From: Pseudomonadota bacterium
GTDB taxonomy: Bacteria; Desulfobacterota; Desulfobacteria; Desulfobacterales; JBDRRP01
Direction: 5' to 3'
DNA length: 36,923 nucleotides
Assembly: GCA_043825735.1 (NCBI GenBank)
Contig: JBDRRP010000014.1
Coordinates: forward strand, 1-36,923
This document shows positions 1 to 8,246 of this stretch, one piece after another; position 1 is the stretch's first letter, and each line of letters starts with the position of its first letter. Below the pieces are notes generated by a model. That model worked only from the letters and a program-made list of their open reading frames with translations, was not told the origin of the DNA and did no database searches. The position numbers and the translations under genes were made by a program.

Positions 1-568
1 GGGCGATGCTGAAAACGATCAGGCTTTCTCCGGTGGCGTCAAAGGCCGCATCGGCGGCTTCCGATTCCTTCTTAAGCGATTCGGATATGGCTGCCAGATT
101 CTCGTAGATGCCGCTCTTGTGCTTATCGATCTCGCTGTCGACGGCCGAAATCTTTTCGGCGTCGCCGCCGGACTTGATCAGCGCCATGATATCCTTTTCG
201 AAATGCGCGACCATCTCATCGTAATCGGCCTGGGCCTTTTTCTGCCAATCCCGCTCCTCGGGCGTGTCCACCACGGCGGCGACCGCGGCGAGCCGTTTGC
301 GGTTTTCTTCCTTCATCACCGCCCAGTCCCTCATCGTCCCGTCCATATCCCGGTTGATGATGGCATCGGCGATGACGCTGTAGGTATCATTGCCCACGGC
401 AGCGGCACTCATGGCAACGATCGCGTCGGCGGCCCGCGAAGCCCCCTCGTCCTGAATCCGGGTCAGTTTTTTGAGCTGGAAGATGGTGCTGCCGCTGAGA
501 GCGACAATCACCAGGATGCAGATACCAAAACCAACACCCAGTTTCGCTGCGAGTTTTAAATTCTTCAT
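1..568 (-). CDS. methyl-accepting chemotaxis protein (or similar TM sensor), N-terminal part; runs off the window start
   Basis: Not in ORF track. Own translation from ATG 568: MKNLKLAAKLGVGFGICILVIVALSGSTIFQLKKL... = TM1 followed by a helical periplasmic sensor region, open to position 2. SD AAAGGAG upstream and a sigma28-like promoter. The signalling domain is outside the window. Confidence 0.75.
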   Translation of the reverse strand, partial: MKNLKLAAKLGVGFGICILVIVALSGSTIFQLKKLTRIQDEGASRAADAIVAMSAAAVGNDTYSVIADAIINRDMDGTMRDWAVMKEENRKRLAAVAAVVDTPEERDWQKKAQADYDEMVAHFEKDIMALIKSGGDAEKISAVDSEIDKHKSGIYENLAAISESLKKESEAADAAFDATGESLIVFSIA

Positions 569-688
569 GGCGGGGCTCCTTTTTCATGCTCGGTTTTCGG
601 GGTGCGCCGTATCCGTCGATCGGGCTTGTTTCCGCTGGATCTCGGATAATTTGCGGCGGTCGCCGTTTTTATTTTGAACTTGCGCAAT

Positions 689-715
689 TTATCGTCAGAT
701 TTATGGAGAACTTTA
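689..715 (-). promoter_or_regulatory. sigma28 (FliA)-type promoter for the chemoreceptor gene
   Basis: Minus strand TAAA-N15-GACGATAA vs consensus TAAA-N15-GCCGATAA, about 120 nt upstream of the ATG at 568. Confidence 0.75.
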
Positions 716-948
716 GGAATTATCACTGTTAAGGTATGGATTGCATGCCCAATGATTCGCGCGATTGATGGGGTTGCGTTTACACCGTGTCCGCGGTAAG
801 CAGTGAGTCACCGGCTCAAAGCCAGCCGCCCGCCGATGATGGGCTCCGGAAGAAACGCGCCTTTCCGTTGCCGCCCGTTATGGATCGCGCCCCTGCGCGA
901 TCCGCCATAACCGCAACCGACAACCACCGATCAGGAAGCACCCCCGTC

Positions 949-2790
949 ATGAAACACCAGAAAGCCAGCAGTATCGATCCCCTGTCATTGCTGAAAAGCG
1001 TCTACGGTTACGATGAGTTCCGCGACCGGCAGGAGGCCGTCATCACCCACGTTCTTACCGGCGGCGACGCCTTCGTCCTGATGCCTACCGGCAGCGGCAA
1101 ATCACTCTGTTACCAGATACCGGCCATGATTCGCAGGGGGGTGGGCATTGTCGTCTCCCCGCTCATCGCCCTGATGCAGGACCAGGTGGCGGCCCTTCGC
1201 CAGAACGGCGTCCGCGCCGATTTTCTCAACTCCAGCCTCGCTCCGGACGACGCCCGGCGGGTGGTCGAACGGGTCCGAGGCGGCGGCACCGACATCCTCT
1301 ACGTGGCCCCCGAGCGACTGCTGACAGAAGGGTTTCAGCACCTTCTGAGTCAAATCCCAATTGCACTGTTTGCCATCGACGAGGTTCACTGCGTCTCGCA
1401 GTGGGGCCATGATTTCAGACCCGAATACCTGAACATCGCCGCGGTGACCGGGCGGTTTCCCGATGTCCCCCGCCTGGCCCTCACGGCCACGGCGGACGCG
1501 CTGACGCGCCGGGACATCATCGAGAAACTCGACCTGTCGAGCGCCCGTCAGTTCCTTTCCAGCTTCGATCGCCCCAACATCACCTACCGCGTTCAGATCA
1601 AGACCAATGACAAGCAGCAGCTTTTGGCGTTTCTCACGGCCGAGCACGCCGGGCAGTCGGGCATCGTCTACTTACGCACCCGGCGCCGCACGGACGCGGT
1701 GGCCGCATGGCTGCTCCAAAAGGGCATCAACGCCCTGCCCTACCACGCCGGTCTGGACGCCGATGTCAGAACGAACCACCAGGCGCGGTTTCTGCGGGAA
1801 GAAGCGGTGGTCATGGTGGCCACCATCGCCTTCGGCATGGGAATCGACAAGCCCGACGTGCGGTTCGTGGCGCACCTGGATCTGCCGGCCAGCATGGAAG
1901 CCTACTACCAGGAAACCGGCCGCGCGGGCCGCGACGGGGCGCCGGCGGACGCCTGGATGGTCTACTCCCTGTCCGATGTGGTGGCCATGCGAAAACTGAT
2001 GGAAGGCACGGAGGCCGAAGATGCCATCAAGCGCATCCGGAGCCGTAAACTGGAGGCGCTCCTGGGGTTCGCGGAAACCGTTTCCTGCCGGCGGGAAGCC
2101 CTGCTGGGCTATTTCGGCGAGGCCTATACCCCGCCCTGCGGCGCCTGCGACAACTGCACCCACCCGGTGGAGACCTGGGATGCCACGGTGGCGGCCCAAA
2201 AGGCGCTCTCTTGCGTCTACCGCACCGGGCAGCGCTTTGGGGCCGCACATCTCACCGATGTGCTGATCGGCAACGATACCGAACGCATATCCCGGCTGGG
2301 CCACAACCGCCTCAAAACCTTTGGGGTGGGCACGGAGCTCAACGCCGCCGAGTGGCGTAGCGTCTTTCGCCAGCTCACGGCTGCCGGACTCCTGTCGGTG
2401 AACCTCTCGGAAATATCGGGATTCCGGCTCACCGAAGAAAGCCGGGCCGTACTCAAGGGAGCGCAGGCCGTACGGATGCGAAAGGATCCCAAACCCATAA
2501 AGACCGGCCGCAAAGCCGCCGCCCGGCAAATCAACCGGATCGGCGATGACGAGGTCCCCGCAGATGTCTTCGATGCCCTGCGCCGACTGCGCACGGAACT
2601 GGCCCGGCAGGAAGGGGTGCCGCCCTACGTGGTCTTCCACGACAGCACCCTTCGGCAGATGGCGCTGCTCCAGCCGCGCACCCCGGAAGAACTTCTCCTG
2701 GTTTCCGGTATCGGAGAGAAGAAGGCTGAAAAATACGGCAGGGCTTATCTTTCGGCCCTTGCCGATATCAAGGAGAATGGACAGCCGTGA
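949..2790 (+). CDS. recQ: ATP-dependent DNA helicase RecQ
   Basis: MPTGSGKSLCYQ Walker A, DEVHCVSQWGHDFRPEY, YYQETGRAGRDG, Cys Zn-binding RQC (CRR...CGACDNC), C-terminal HRDC (VPPYVVFHDSTL). Start moved to ATG 949 (AGGAAG upstream); the ORF track starts at 787. Confidence 0.96.
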   Translation: MKHQKASSIDPLSLLKSVYGYDEFRDRQEAVITHVLTGGDAFVLMPTGSGKSLCYQIPAMIRRGVGIVVSPLIALMQDQVAALRQNGVRADFLNSSLAPDDARRVVERVRGGGTDILYVAPERLLTEGFQHLLSQIPIALFAIDEVHCVSQWGHDFRPEYLNIAAVTGRFPDVPRLALTATADALTRRDIIEKLDLSSARQFLSSFDRPNITYRVQIKTNDKQQLLAFLTAEHAGQSGIVYLRTRRRTDAVAAWLLQKGINALPYHAGLDADVRTNHQARFLREEAVVMVATIAFGMGIDKPDVRFVAHLDLPASMEAYYQETGRAGRDGAPADAWMVYSLSDVVAMRKLMEGTEAEDAIKRIRSRKLEALLGFAETVSCRREALLGYFGEAYTPPCGACDNCTHPVETWDATVAAQKALSCVYRTGQRFGAAHLTDVLIGNDTERISRLGHNRLKTFGVGTELNAAEWRSVFRQLTAAGLLSVNLSEISGFRLTEESRAVLKGAQAVRMRKDPKPIKTGRKAAARQINRIGDDEVPADVFDALRRLRTELARQEGVPPYVVFHDSTLRQMALLQPRTPEELLLVSGIGEKKAEKYGRAYLSALADIKENGQP

Positions 2791-3440
2791 GCGCACAAAC
2801 CACCACTGTGATCGTCATTCGCCACGGAGAGACGCTCTGGAACGTCCAGGCGCGCTACCAGGGCCATGGCGACAGCCCGCTGACCGCCACCGGAAAAATC
2901 CAGGCCGACGCCGTCGGCCGGCGTCTGAAAGCCGAACCGGTGGATCGCCTCATCGCCAGCGACCTGGGCAGAACCCGTGACACCGCCGCCATCATTGCCG
3001 GGCAAACCGGGCACCGCCCCATCGTGGACGCACGCCTTCGCGAGCGCAGCTTCGGCGTCCTGGAAGGTCTCACCGCTCCGCAAATCCAGGTGCAGCACCC
3101 GGAATTATTCAAACACATGGCCGCCAACGATCCGGACTTCGTCATCCCCGGCGGAGAAAGCCTCCGGCAGCACTACCGGCGAAACATCGGCTTTCTGGAA
3201 GACTGCCGTGCCGCTTACCCGGGCCGCACCGTGGCGCTGGTAGCCCACGGCGGGGTGCTCGACAGTGTCTTTCGCCATGTGGCCGGCATCCCCCTGGACC
3301 GACCGCGCAGTGTCGTCACCACCAATGCCAGCATCAGCGTCTTTCGTCACGGCGTCTTTTACGGCACCCTGCGCTGGGTGCTGGAGACCTGGGGCGATAC
3401 CGCACACCTGGCCGGGATCGACCACCAGCCCGATTTTTGA
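2787..3440 (+). CDS. histidine phosphatase family protein (GpmB/CobC-like)
   Basis: RHGET motif, SDLGR, LRERSFG, GGES, VAHGG. GTG start overlaps the recQ stop (GTGA). Confidence 0.9.
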   Translation: MSAQTTTVIVIRHGETLWNVQARYQGHGDSPLTATGKIQADAVGRRLKAEPVDRLIASDLGRTRDTAAIIAGQTGHRPIVDARLRERSFGVLEGLTAPQIQVQHPELFKHMAANDPDFVIPGGESLRQHYRRNIGFLEDCRAAYPGRTVALVAHGGVLDSVFRHVAGIPLDRPRSVVTTNASISVFRHGVFYGTLRWVLETWGDTAHLAGIDHQPDF

Positions 3441-3524
3441 CCTCGAATGGCCCGCCGTGGCAATGCTTTCGAACGGCGCCTGTTGCCGCCAGCGGTAAAA
3501 TCATTGATCCGGAGAGTTACATTT

Positions 3525-3655
3525 GATGAATCCGTAAAAAGTCAGGATATCTCGCAAAGCCGCAAAGATCGCAAAGGCAACACAATAATAAAAATTCGGT
3601 TTTTCTTTGCGCGCTTAGCGTCTTTGCAAGAAAATTGCTTTTTTACGGTTTTATC
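3525..3655. repeat. nested inverted-repeat element A (outer IR plus 3x CGCAAAG core)
   Basis: Outer arms GATGAATCCGTAAAAAG / CTTTTTTACGGTTTTATC. Inner arms 3550-3577 TCTCGCAAAGCCGCAAAGATCGCAAAGG / 3604-3631 TCTTTGCGCGCTTAGCGTCTTTGCAAGA (22/28 complementary). AT-rich loop. Confidence 0.85.
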
Positions 3656-3741
3656 GCGTTTTATGGTATTATGCAGGTGCCGGAAGGGAACCAGCCCTTT
3701 CCGGCGGACGCGCCCGGATCGCCAACGGAGGAGGAAAAGCC

Positions 3742-4209
3742 ATGGTCACAGCAAAAGACATCATGACAAGGGACGTGATCACCGCCACGCCCGATATGGA
3801 AATCGTCCAGGCAGCCAGGATACTGCTGGATAAAGGAATCAACGGGATACCGGTCGTCGATGCGACCGGTGGGCTGGTGGGAATCCTGTGCCAGAGCGAT
3901 TTGGTGGCCCAGCAGAAAAAGCTGCCCGTGCCGACCCTGTTTACCTTTCTCGACGGGGTGTTTCAGTTGACCAGCGGCCCGCAGCTGGAAAAACAGGTGA
4001 GAAAAATCGCCGCCCTGTGCGTGGCCGACGCCATGACCCCGGCCCCGGTCACCGTGACGCCCGATACCGGCATTGAAACCATCGCCGCCCTTATGGTGGA
4101 CAGCGGTTTTCACACCATACCGGTAGTGGCGGAGGGTGCCGTGGTGGGGATCATCGGCAAAGAGGACGTTTTGCGAATGCTGCTGCCGGGCGCGGGGGGC
4201 AAAGCGTAG
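3742..4209 (+). CDS. CBS domain-containing protein
   Basis: Two CBS repeats (AKDIMTRDVIT...GIPVVD...LVGILCQSDL; VADAMT...TIPVV...VVGIIGKEDV). Strong SD GGAGGAGG. Confidence 0.9.
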   Translation: MVTAKDIMTRDVITATPDMEIVQAARILLDKGINGIPVVDATGGLVGILCQSDLVAQQKKLPVPTLFTFLDGVFQLTSGPQLEKQVRKIAALCVADAMTPAPVTVTPDTGIETIAALMVDSGFHTIPVVAEGAVVGIIGKEDVLRMLLPGAGGKA

Positions 4210-4266
4210 CACCCGACAGCGGCCGCGGCCGCCATTCCAGGATCCGCGACCACCAGCACCCCATCT

Positions 4267-4941
4267 TCACGGGCGCTGGGCAGCGGCCAGTTCAAGGATT
4301 GCTTCCAGGCCGCCCGGGATGCGCTCTTGGGTATCGGGGAGCGATTCCTCGATATCCATCTGGACAAAATCCCAGCAAAATATATCGACCGCCGCCGGGA
4401 CACCCACCGCGTCACCGTGGCGGGCATCGATGAGGCGTCCGTCACGGAACAGCAGCAGGCCCCGCCCGCCGCTGCGTTTTTCCGTCACCCTCAGGGCGCA
4501 TGATTTTCGCTCCATGCCGATCAACTGGGCCATGGTTTCCAGCGGCACGGCCTGATAAACGCCGCCCTCGCTTTGATCGGCCAGGGCATCGACGATCCGA
4601 GCGGCAAGTTCTCCCACATCGATCGGTTTTTCAATATATCCGACGGCACCGGCAGAAAGCCCTTTTTGCCGGGTGTCCGTTGAATTAAAAGCCGTAATGA
4701 TGACCACGGGAATCTCCGGATACTGGCCTGACATCCGGGCCAATAGCTCGAACCCGTCCATCTCCGGCATCTGCAGATCGGTGACCACCATTGAGATCGT
4801 CTCCCGCGCCAGGATGTCCATCGCCTCGCGCCCGTGTCCCGCCGTAATCAAAGTAAAATCGCCGATATGCTTTTGCACGTAGCGCTGGACGCTCATGCAC
4901 AGAATCGCATCGTCATCAACGAAGAGCACCGTCTTGATCAT
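4267..4941 (-). CDS. response regulator with C-terminal DUF4388/PATAN-like domain
   Basis: Receiver motifs VDDD, TDLQMPEMDG, ITA, EKP. C-terminal LETMAQLIGMERKSCALRV...GLLLFRDGRLIDA...W pattern. Confidence 0.85.
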   Translation of the reverse strand: MIKTVLFVDDDAILCMSVQRYVQKHIGDFTLITAGHGREAMDILARETISMVVTDLQMPEMDGFELLARMSGQYPEIPVVIITAFNSTDTRQKGLSAGAVGYIEKPIDVGELAARIVDALADQSEGGVYQAVPLETMAQLIGMERKSCALRVTEKRSGGRGLLLFRDGRLIDARHGDAVGVPAAVDIFCWDFVQMDIEESLPDTQERIPGGLEAILELAAAQRP

Positions 4942-5040
4942 GTCACCACCTTTGTCCGGATGTGCAGTATCGCTGCCGGCGGATAATAACCGGATTATAG
5001 CCCGCAGTCACATCGCGCCCGCGCCGCCCGGGGCCGTTTC

Positions 5041-5436
5041 TCACTGCGATGCCCTGGTCACCAGCTTCCCGGAGACTTCTTCCAGTCGGTCTGCCAAGCT
5101 GGCCAGGAGTTTTCTCAGCATGGGCGAGAGTTTTCCCAACTCCGACCCCAGCTGATTGGGATCGAAGATGCCCACGGTCACCGCCCCGTCGGCCACCACC
5201 GACGCCGAACGCTGACCGCGTTTGTTCTGGAGAAACACCAGTTCACCGAACACCGCCCCTTCCTTTAAGGTGGCAACGGTCAACATCCCTTTTTCCGTTT
5301 TTTTACGGACTTTTACCCTGCCCTCCAGGACGACGTATATCCAATCGCCATGAGCGCCCTCTTTGACGATCACCCCCTTGTCGGGGTAACTTTCCTCGGT
5401 TTTTACATAACTGTAAATGCGCGGATCCAGGGCCAT
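5041..5436 (-). CDS. stand-alone cyclic nucleotide-binding domain protein (Crp-type, no HTH)
   Basis: IVKEG..GDWIYVVLEGRVKV, GAVFGELVFL, RSASVVA. Start at ATG 5436 with GAGGA SD. Confidence 0.88.
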   Translation of the reverse strand: MALDPRIYSYVKTEESYPDKGVIVKEGAHGDWIYVVLEGRVKVRKKTEKGMLTVATLKEGAVFGELVFLQNKRGQRSASVVADGAVTVGIFDPNQLGSELGKLSPMLRKLLASLADRLEEVSGKLVTRASQ

Positions 5437-5471
5437 GAAGAGTTCCTCAATCAAGTTTGATAGTTAATGGG

Positions 5472-5519
5472 TTCTCTCTGCGTCCTCCGTGGTGATTTCA
5501 GACTTTTTACAGGGTCATC
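5472..5519. repeat. half-element D (right arm only) of the nested inverted-repeat family
   Basis: TTCTCTCTGCGTCCTCCGTGGTGA (core right-arm units) followed by GACTTTTTACAGGGTCATC, which is 16/19 identical to the reverse complement of element A's outer left arm. Confidence 0.7.
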
Positions 5520-5534
5520 GAACTGGTTGCCGGC

Positions 5535-6302
5535 TCAACCGACGATCGCCGAGAGCACCCGCTTGTGGGCATCGGAGAGACCGATGAAAATGCTCCCGAA
5601 CGACAGTGTCTGGTTATCGGGCTGCACCATCGAATTCACCACCGCCATCCGGAAAGTGAAGCGTTTGCCCTTAGGCAGGAAAAAACTGCAGATGAACATG
5701 CTCCCCTTGCCGTGGTGGTGCTGAGCGGCATTTTCTTGTTTCACCTCAATCCGCAGCCCCTCAAGGCTGATATTTCTGATTTTACCCCAGAGCTTGACGG
5801 TTTCCGGGCTATCGGAAGGTCGGTAGAGACAGTCTAAACTCACCTCTTTCCGAAACTCCCGTTCCGGTGTTCCGGCCGTGTCAGCGCCAGTGCCGTGCCC
5901 CGGTTTGTCCTTCTGGGTCGCCAACTCGGCCAGCATCCGGTTCATCTGCTTGAGATGGCTCACCGTCTGGTTGGCAATGTGCCGGATTACGAAGGGCATT
6001 TCGTCGTACTCCTGCTGAATTCGGGAGGGATGCCAGGCGTCCAGCACGGTCTGGGTGACGGCGCGGGCACTGGCCGACCGGGGCTCCTGATCACCGGTCA
6101 TGAAAAGCATCTCCCCGAGGACCTCTCCGGGCCCTATCGTCGCCAGATTGACCTCATCACCGGGAGGCCCGGTAAATACCGTCACTTCCCCTTCGATGAC
6201 CTGATAGATGGATATCCCATAATCTCCGGCCTTGACGATGGTTTCTCCGGGTTCATAGTTCAGGCGGACAACGGGCAGTGTCTTGCTGAGTGATGTGGCC
6301 AT
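5535..6302 (-). CDS. cyclic nucleotide-binding domain plus PilZ-like domain protein
   Basis: N-terminal GETIVKAGD..IYQVIEGEV..GEVLGEM..PRSASARA. C-terminal EREFR...IRNISLEGLRI ([D/N]xSxxG) and FGSIF. Confidence 0.8.
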   Translation of the reverse strand: MATSLSKTLPVVRLNYEPGETIVKAGDYGISIYQVIEGEVTVFTGPPGDEVNLATIGPGEVLGEMLFMTGDQEPRSASARAVTQTVLDAWHPSRIQQEYDEMPFVIRHIANQTVSHLKQMNRMLAELATQKDKPGHGTGADTAGTPEREFRKEVSLDCLYRPSDSPETVKLWGKIRNISLEGLRIEVKQENAAQHHHGKGSMFICSFFLPKGKRFTFRMAVVNSMVQPDNQTLSFGSIFIGLSDAHKRVLSAIVG

Positions 6303-6321
6303 GGCGGGCGCCGCTCCGTTT

Positions 6322-7470
6322 TCAGCGCGCTGCCATTTTGCTGGCCGCGCACTCGTTTTTACCGAGATCCAGGATGTCCTGCTGCTCGTCGTCTACCGTC
6401 ACCAGGCCGGCATTGATTTCCCGGATCTTGGCGTATTCGTCGGGTTGCTTTCGCATGTTGGCCTCGATAAACCTGTAAAATCGGTCCTCGTCAGTGATGC
6501 CATAAATATCGGCGTTGATCTGACGGATTCGGCCGATGGTCTCTGTGAAGGCCAGATTCGCATTGGCCTCTTTCCAGTCCATGTAATGACCGGGAAGGAT
6601 CTGGATGTGCTCATCCATGGGAAGGATGATCTCGGTCATGGTTTTGAAAAGCATCTGTGACCAGGCTTGGGCCATGCCGCCCAGATCCGGACGTCCGATG
6701 GAAAAAATGAACACCGTGTCGCCGGACACCAGAAACCGGTCGTCAATCAGATAGCAGGTGCTACCGGGAGTGTGCCCGGGGGTGTGCATGACCTTCACGG
6801 TCGGTCCCCCACCGGTGAAGGCGAAAATGTCACCGTCCACGGCAGGGGTGTACATAAACTTGGCGCCCTGGAAATCGGGTTCCGGCGCGACGATCTGGGC
6901 GCCGGTGACTTTGCCGAGGGCCGGGCTGCCTGAAATGTAATCAGCCTGCCGGTGGGTCTCGAAGGTGGCGATGATGGCGCATCCCTTCTCATCGGCAAAC
7001 GTCTGGTATTCGGCGATATTTTTGGCCGGATCGAACACCATCATTTCCTTGCCGAAAACCAGTCCGTAGCTGCAAGACGCCTTTCCGGGACGGCGGAACT
7101 GGTAAAGGCCGTAATCCGCTCCGTCGTTGAGCCGGATTGGCGCGAGCATGTTTCCCCATGCCTTTATCCCCTTCATGAGGTAGCCCACGTCGGTATAGCC
7201 GTGGTTTTCAAGGATTTCTCCCACGTATTTGGCTGAGCCTTCCTTGGCGCAGACGATCCGTAGCGTGGCGGCCTTGGGAACGCGCGCCACACTGGCTTCC
7301 TCATGCTCGATGAATTCCATGTAAGGGACGTTGGCCATATTGATGGGATACGGGCCCTCAACCTTGAAACGCCCGAAATCCTCGGCGTTTCGCACATCCA
7401 GCAACAGGAAATCATCCTTTCGAGTCAACCAGGTAAAAAGCTCTTTGGCGCTGTAGGGGGTAACGGCCAT
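6322..7470 (-). CDS. rhodanese + MBL-fold metallo-hydrolase fusion (persulfide dioxygenase/glyoxalase II-like)
   Basis: LLDVRN...CAKEGSA rhodanese domain. MBL motifs THRQADY, HTPGHTPGS, SGDTVF, GRPDLGG, PGH. Start at ATG 7470 with AAAGGAG SD; the ORF track starts at 7581. Confidence 0.88.
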   Translation of the reverse strand: MAVTPYSAKELFTWLTRKDDFLLLDVRNAEDFGRFKVEGPYPINMANVPYMEFIEHEEASVARVPKAATLRIVCAKEGSAKYVGEILENHGYTDVGYLMKGIKAWGNMLAPIRLNDGADYGLYQFRRPGKASCSYGLVFGKEMMVFDPAKNIAEYQTFADEKGCAIIATFETHRQADYISGSPALGKVTGAQIVAPEPDFQGAKFMYTPAVDGDIFAFTGGGPTVKVMHTPGHTPGSTCYLIDDRFLVSGDTVFIFSIGRPDLGGMAQAWSQMLFKTMTEIILPMDEHIQILPGHYMDWKEANANLAFTETIGRIRQINADIYGITDEDRFYRFIEANMRKQPDEYAKIREINAGLVTVDDEQQDILDLGKNECAASKMAAR

Positions 7471-7689
7471 GACATCTCCTTTCGCATCCCGTTTCTGTGA
7501 GATGGGATCATTTGGCGGGCTGGGAGTCAAAAAATTGCCACCGTGGCGCCGACTATGGGCAGCTATGGCGGCAACCTCCAAATGGGAATTTTCTCCCCGC
7601 GATTATGAACTAAAAAGTCAGTTAAATGCAACCGTTTGCCGCTCATCGGTTTCATTTTCTTTCCATAGGCCGCTACAGGGCATCAGGGA

Positions 7690-7705
7690 TGGCCCGGATA
7701 CTGCA
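7690..7705 (+). promoter_or_regulatory. sigma54 (-24/-12) promoter
   Basis: TGGCCCGGATACTGCA has exact GG-N10-GC spacing, about 70 nt upstream of the ATG at 7777. Confidence 0.65.
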
Positions 7706-7776
7706 TTAAATCCATGCAAAGCATTCTAACGGCCGGAGGAATGGTTGATGACCTCACCCACGACAAGGAGGACGCC

Positions 7777-8007
7777 ATGATTCAGGAAGGACTCTTCGAC
7801 GAGTTGATTTTTGATGAGCACGCCGATGAAATGCTGCTGCGGCAGATTTACGGCGTCACCCCTGTCCAGATCCGCATGATGAAAATGGGGCTGCGTTTCG
7901 GATACGTCTCCCGGCAGGACGTTTTGTCATATCTGAAAACACCGCGCAGGGGGCTTGAGAGGGTCTATCGGAAACGCATCATGCTGACAAGATCGCCAGC
8001 CGCCTGA
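7777..8007 (+). CDS. hypothetical small protein (76 aa)
   Basis: Strong SD AAGGAGG 5 nt before the ATG, sigma54 motif upstream, protein-like composition. No family recognised. Confidence 0.7.
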   Translation: MIQEGLFDELIFDEHADEMLLRQIYGVTPVQIRMMKMGLRFGYVSRQDVLSYLKTPRRGLERVYRKRIMLTRSPAA

Positions 8008-8144
8008 CAGCGGCGTATCCGCCGGGGCGGCGCCTCTTGAGGGGCGTTTCACTCCCCTCAGGCAAACGCCCTTACTCAAAAAACCGGCTTGGATTCTTAT
8101 CGCCTTAACTGAGACCAATCCATTCGATCCAACCGAGCGTGCTC

Positions 8145-8246
8145 TCAGGCCTGGATGGTGACGGCGCCCACCCGCTGCCCGTTGATCATCACTTCCATCA
8201 ATAACCCGCCGTTCTCGTAGCGTCCAGTGATGTGCAAGGGTGTCAC
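8145..8246 (-). CDS. putative 33-aa small protein MTPLHITGRYENGGLLMEVMINGQRVGAVTIQA
   Basis: Below the ORF-track cutoff. GTG start preceded by AAAGGAAGG, GC3-rich codons. Confidence 0.4.
   Translation of the reverse strand: MTPLHITGRYENGGLLMEVMINGQRVGAVTIQA

Noticed and set aside
119..559. 146-aa + strand ORF
   Set aside because: Antisense shadow of the chemoreceptor gene, which has the SD, promoter and TM pattern.
949..2790. DEVH instead of DEAH in RecQ motif II
   Set aside because: Still fits DExH and all other RecQ motifs are intact.
1672..2796. 374-aa minus-strand ORF
   Set aside because: Antisense shadow of recQ, typical of high-GC3 DNA; no recognisable motifs.
3447..3833. 128-aa ORF crossing element A
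   Set aside because: Reads through the repeat (SRKDRKG...FARLASLQ) and overlaps the CBS gene out of frame.
7601..7619. GATTATGAACTAAAAAGTC resembling the element A outer arm
   Set aside because: Only about 13/19 identity, no core or partner arm, and it is explained as well by an AT-rich promoter region.
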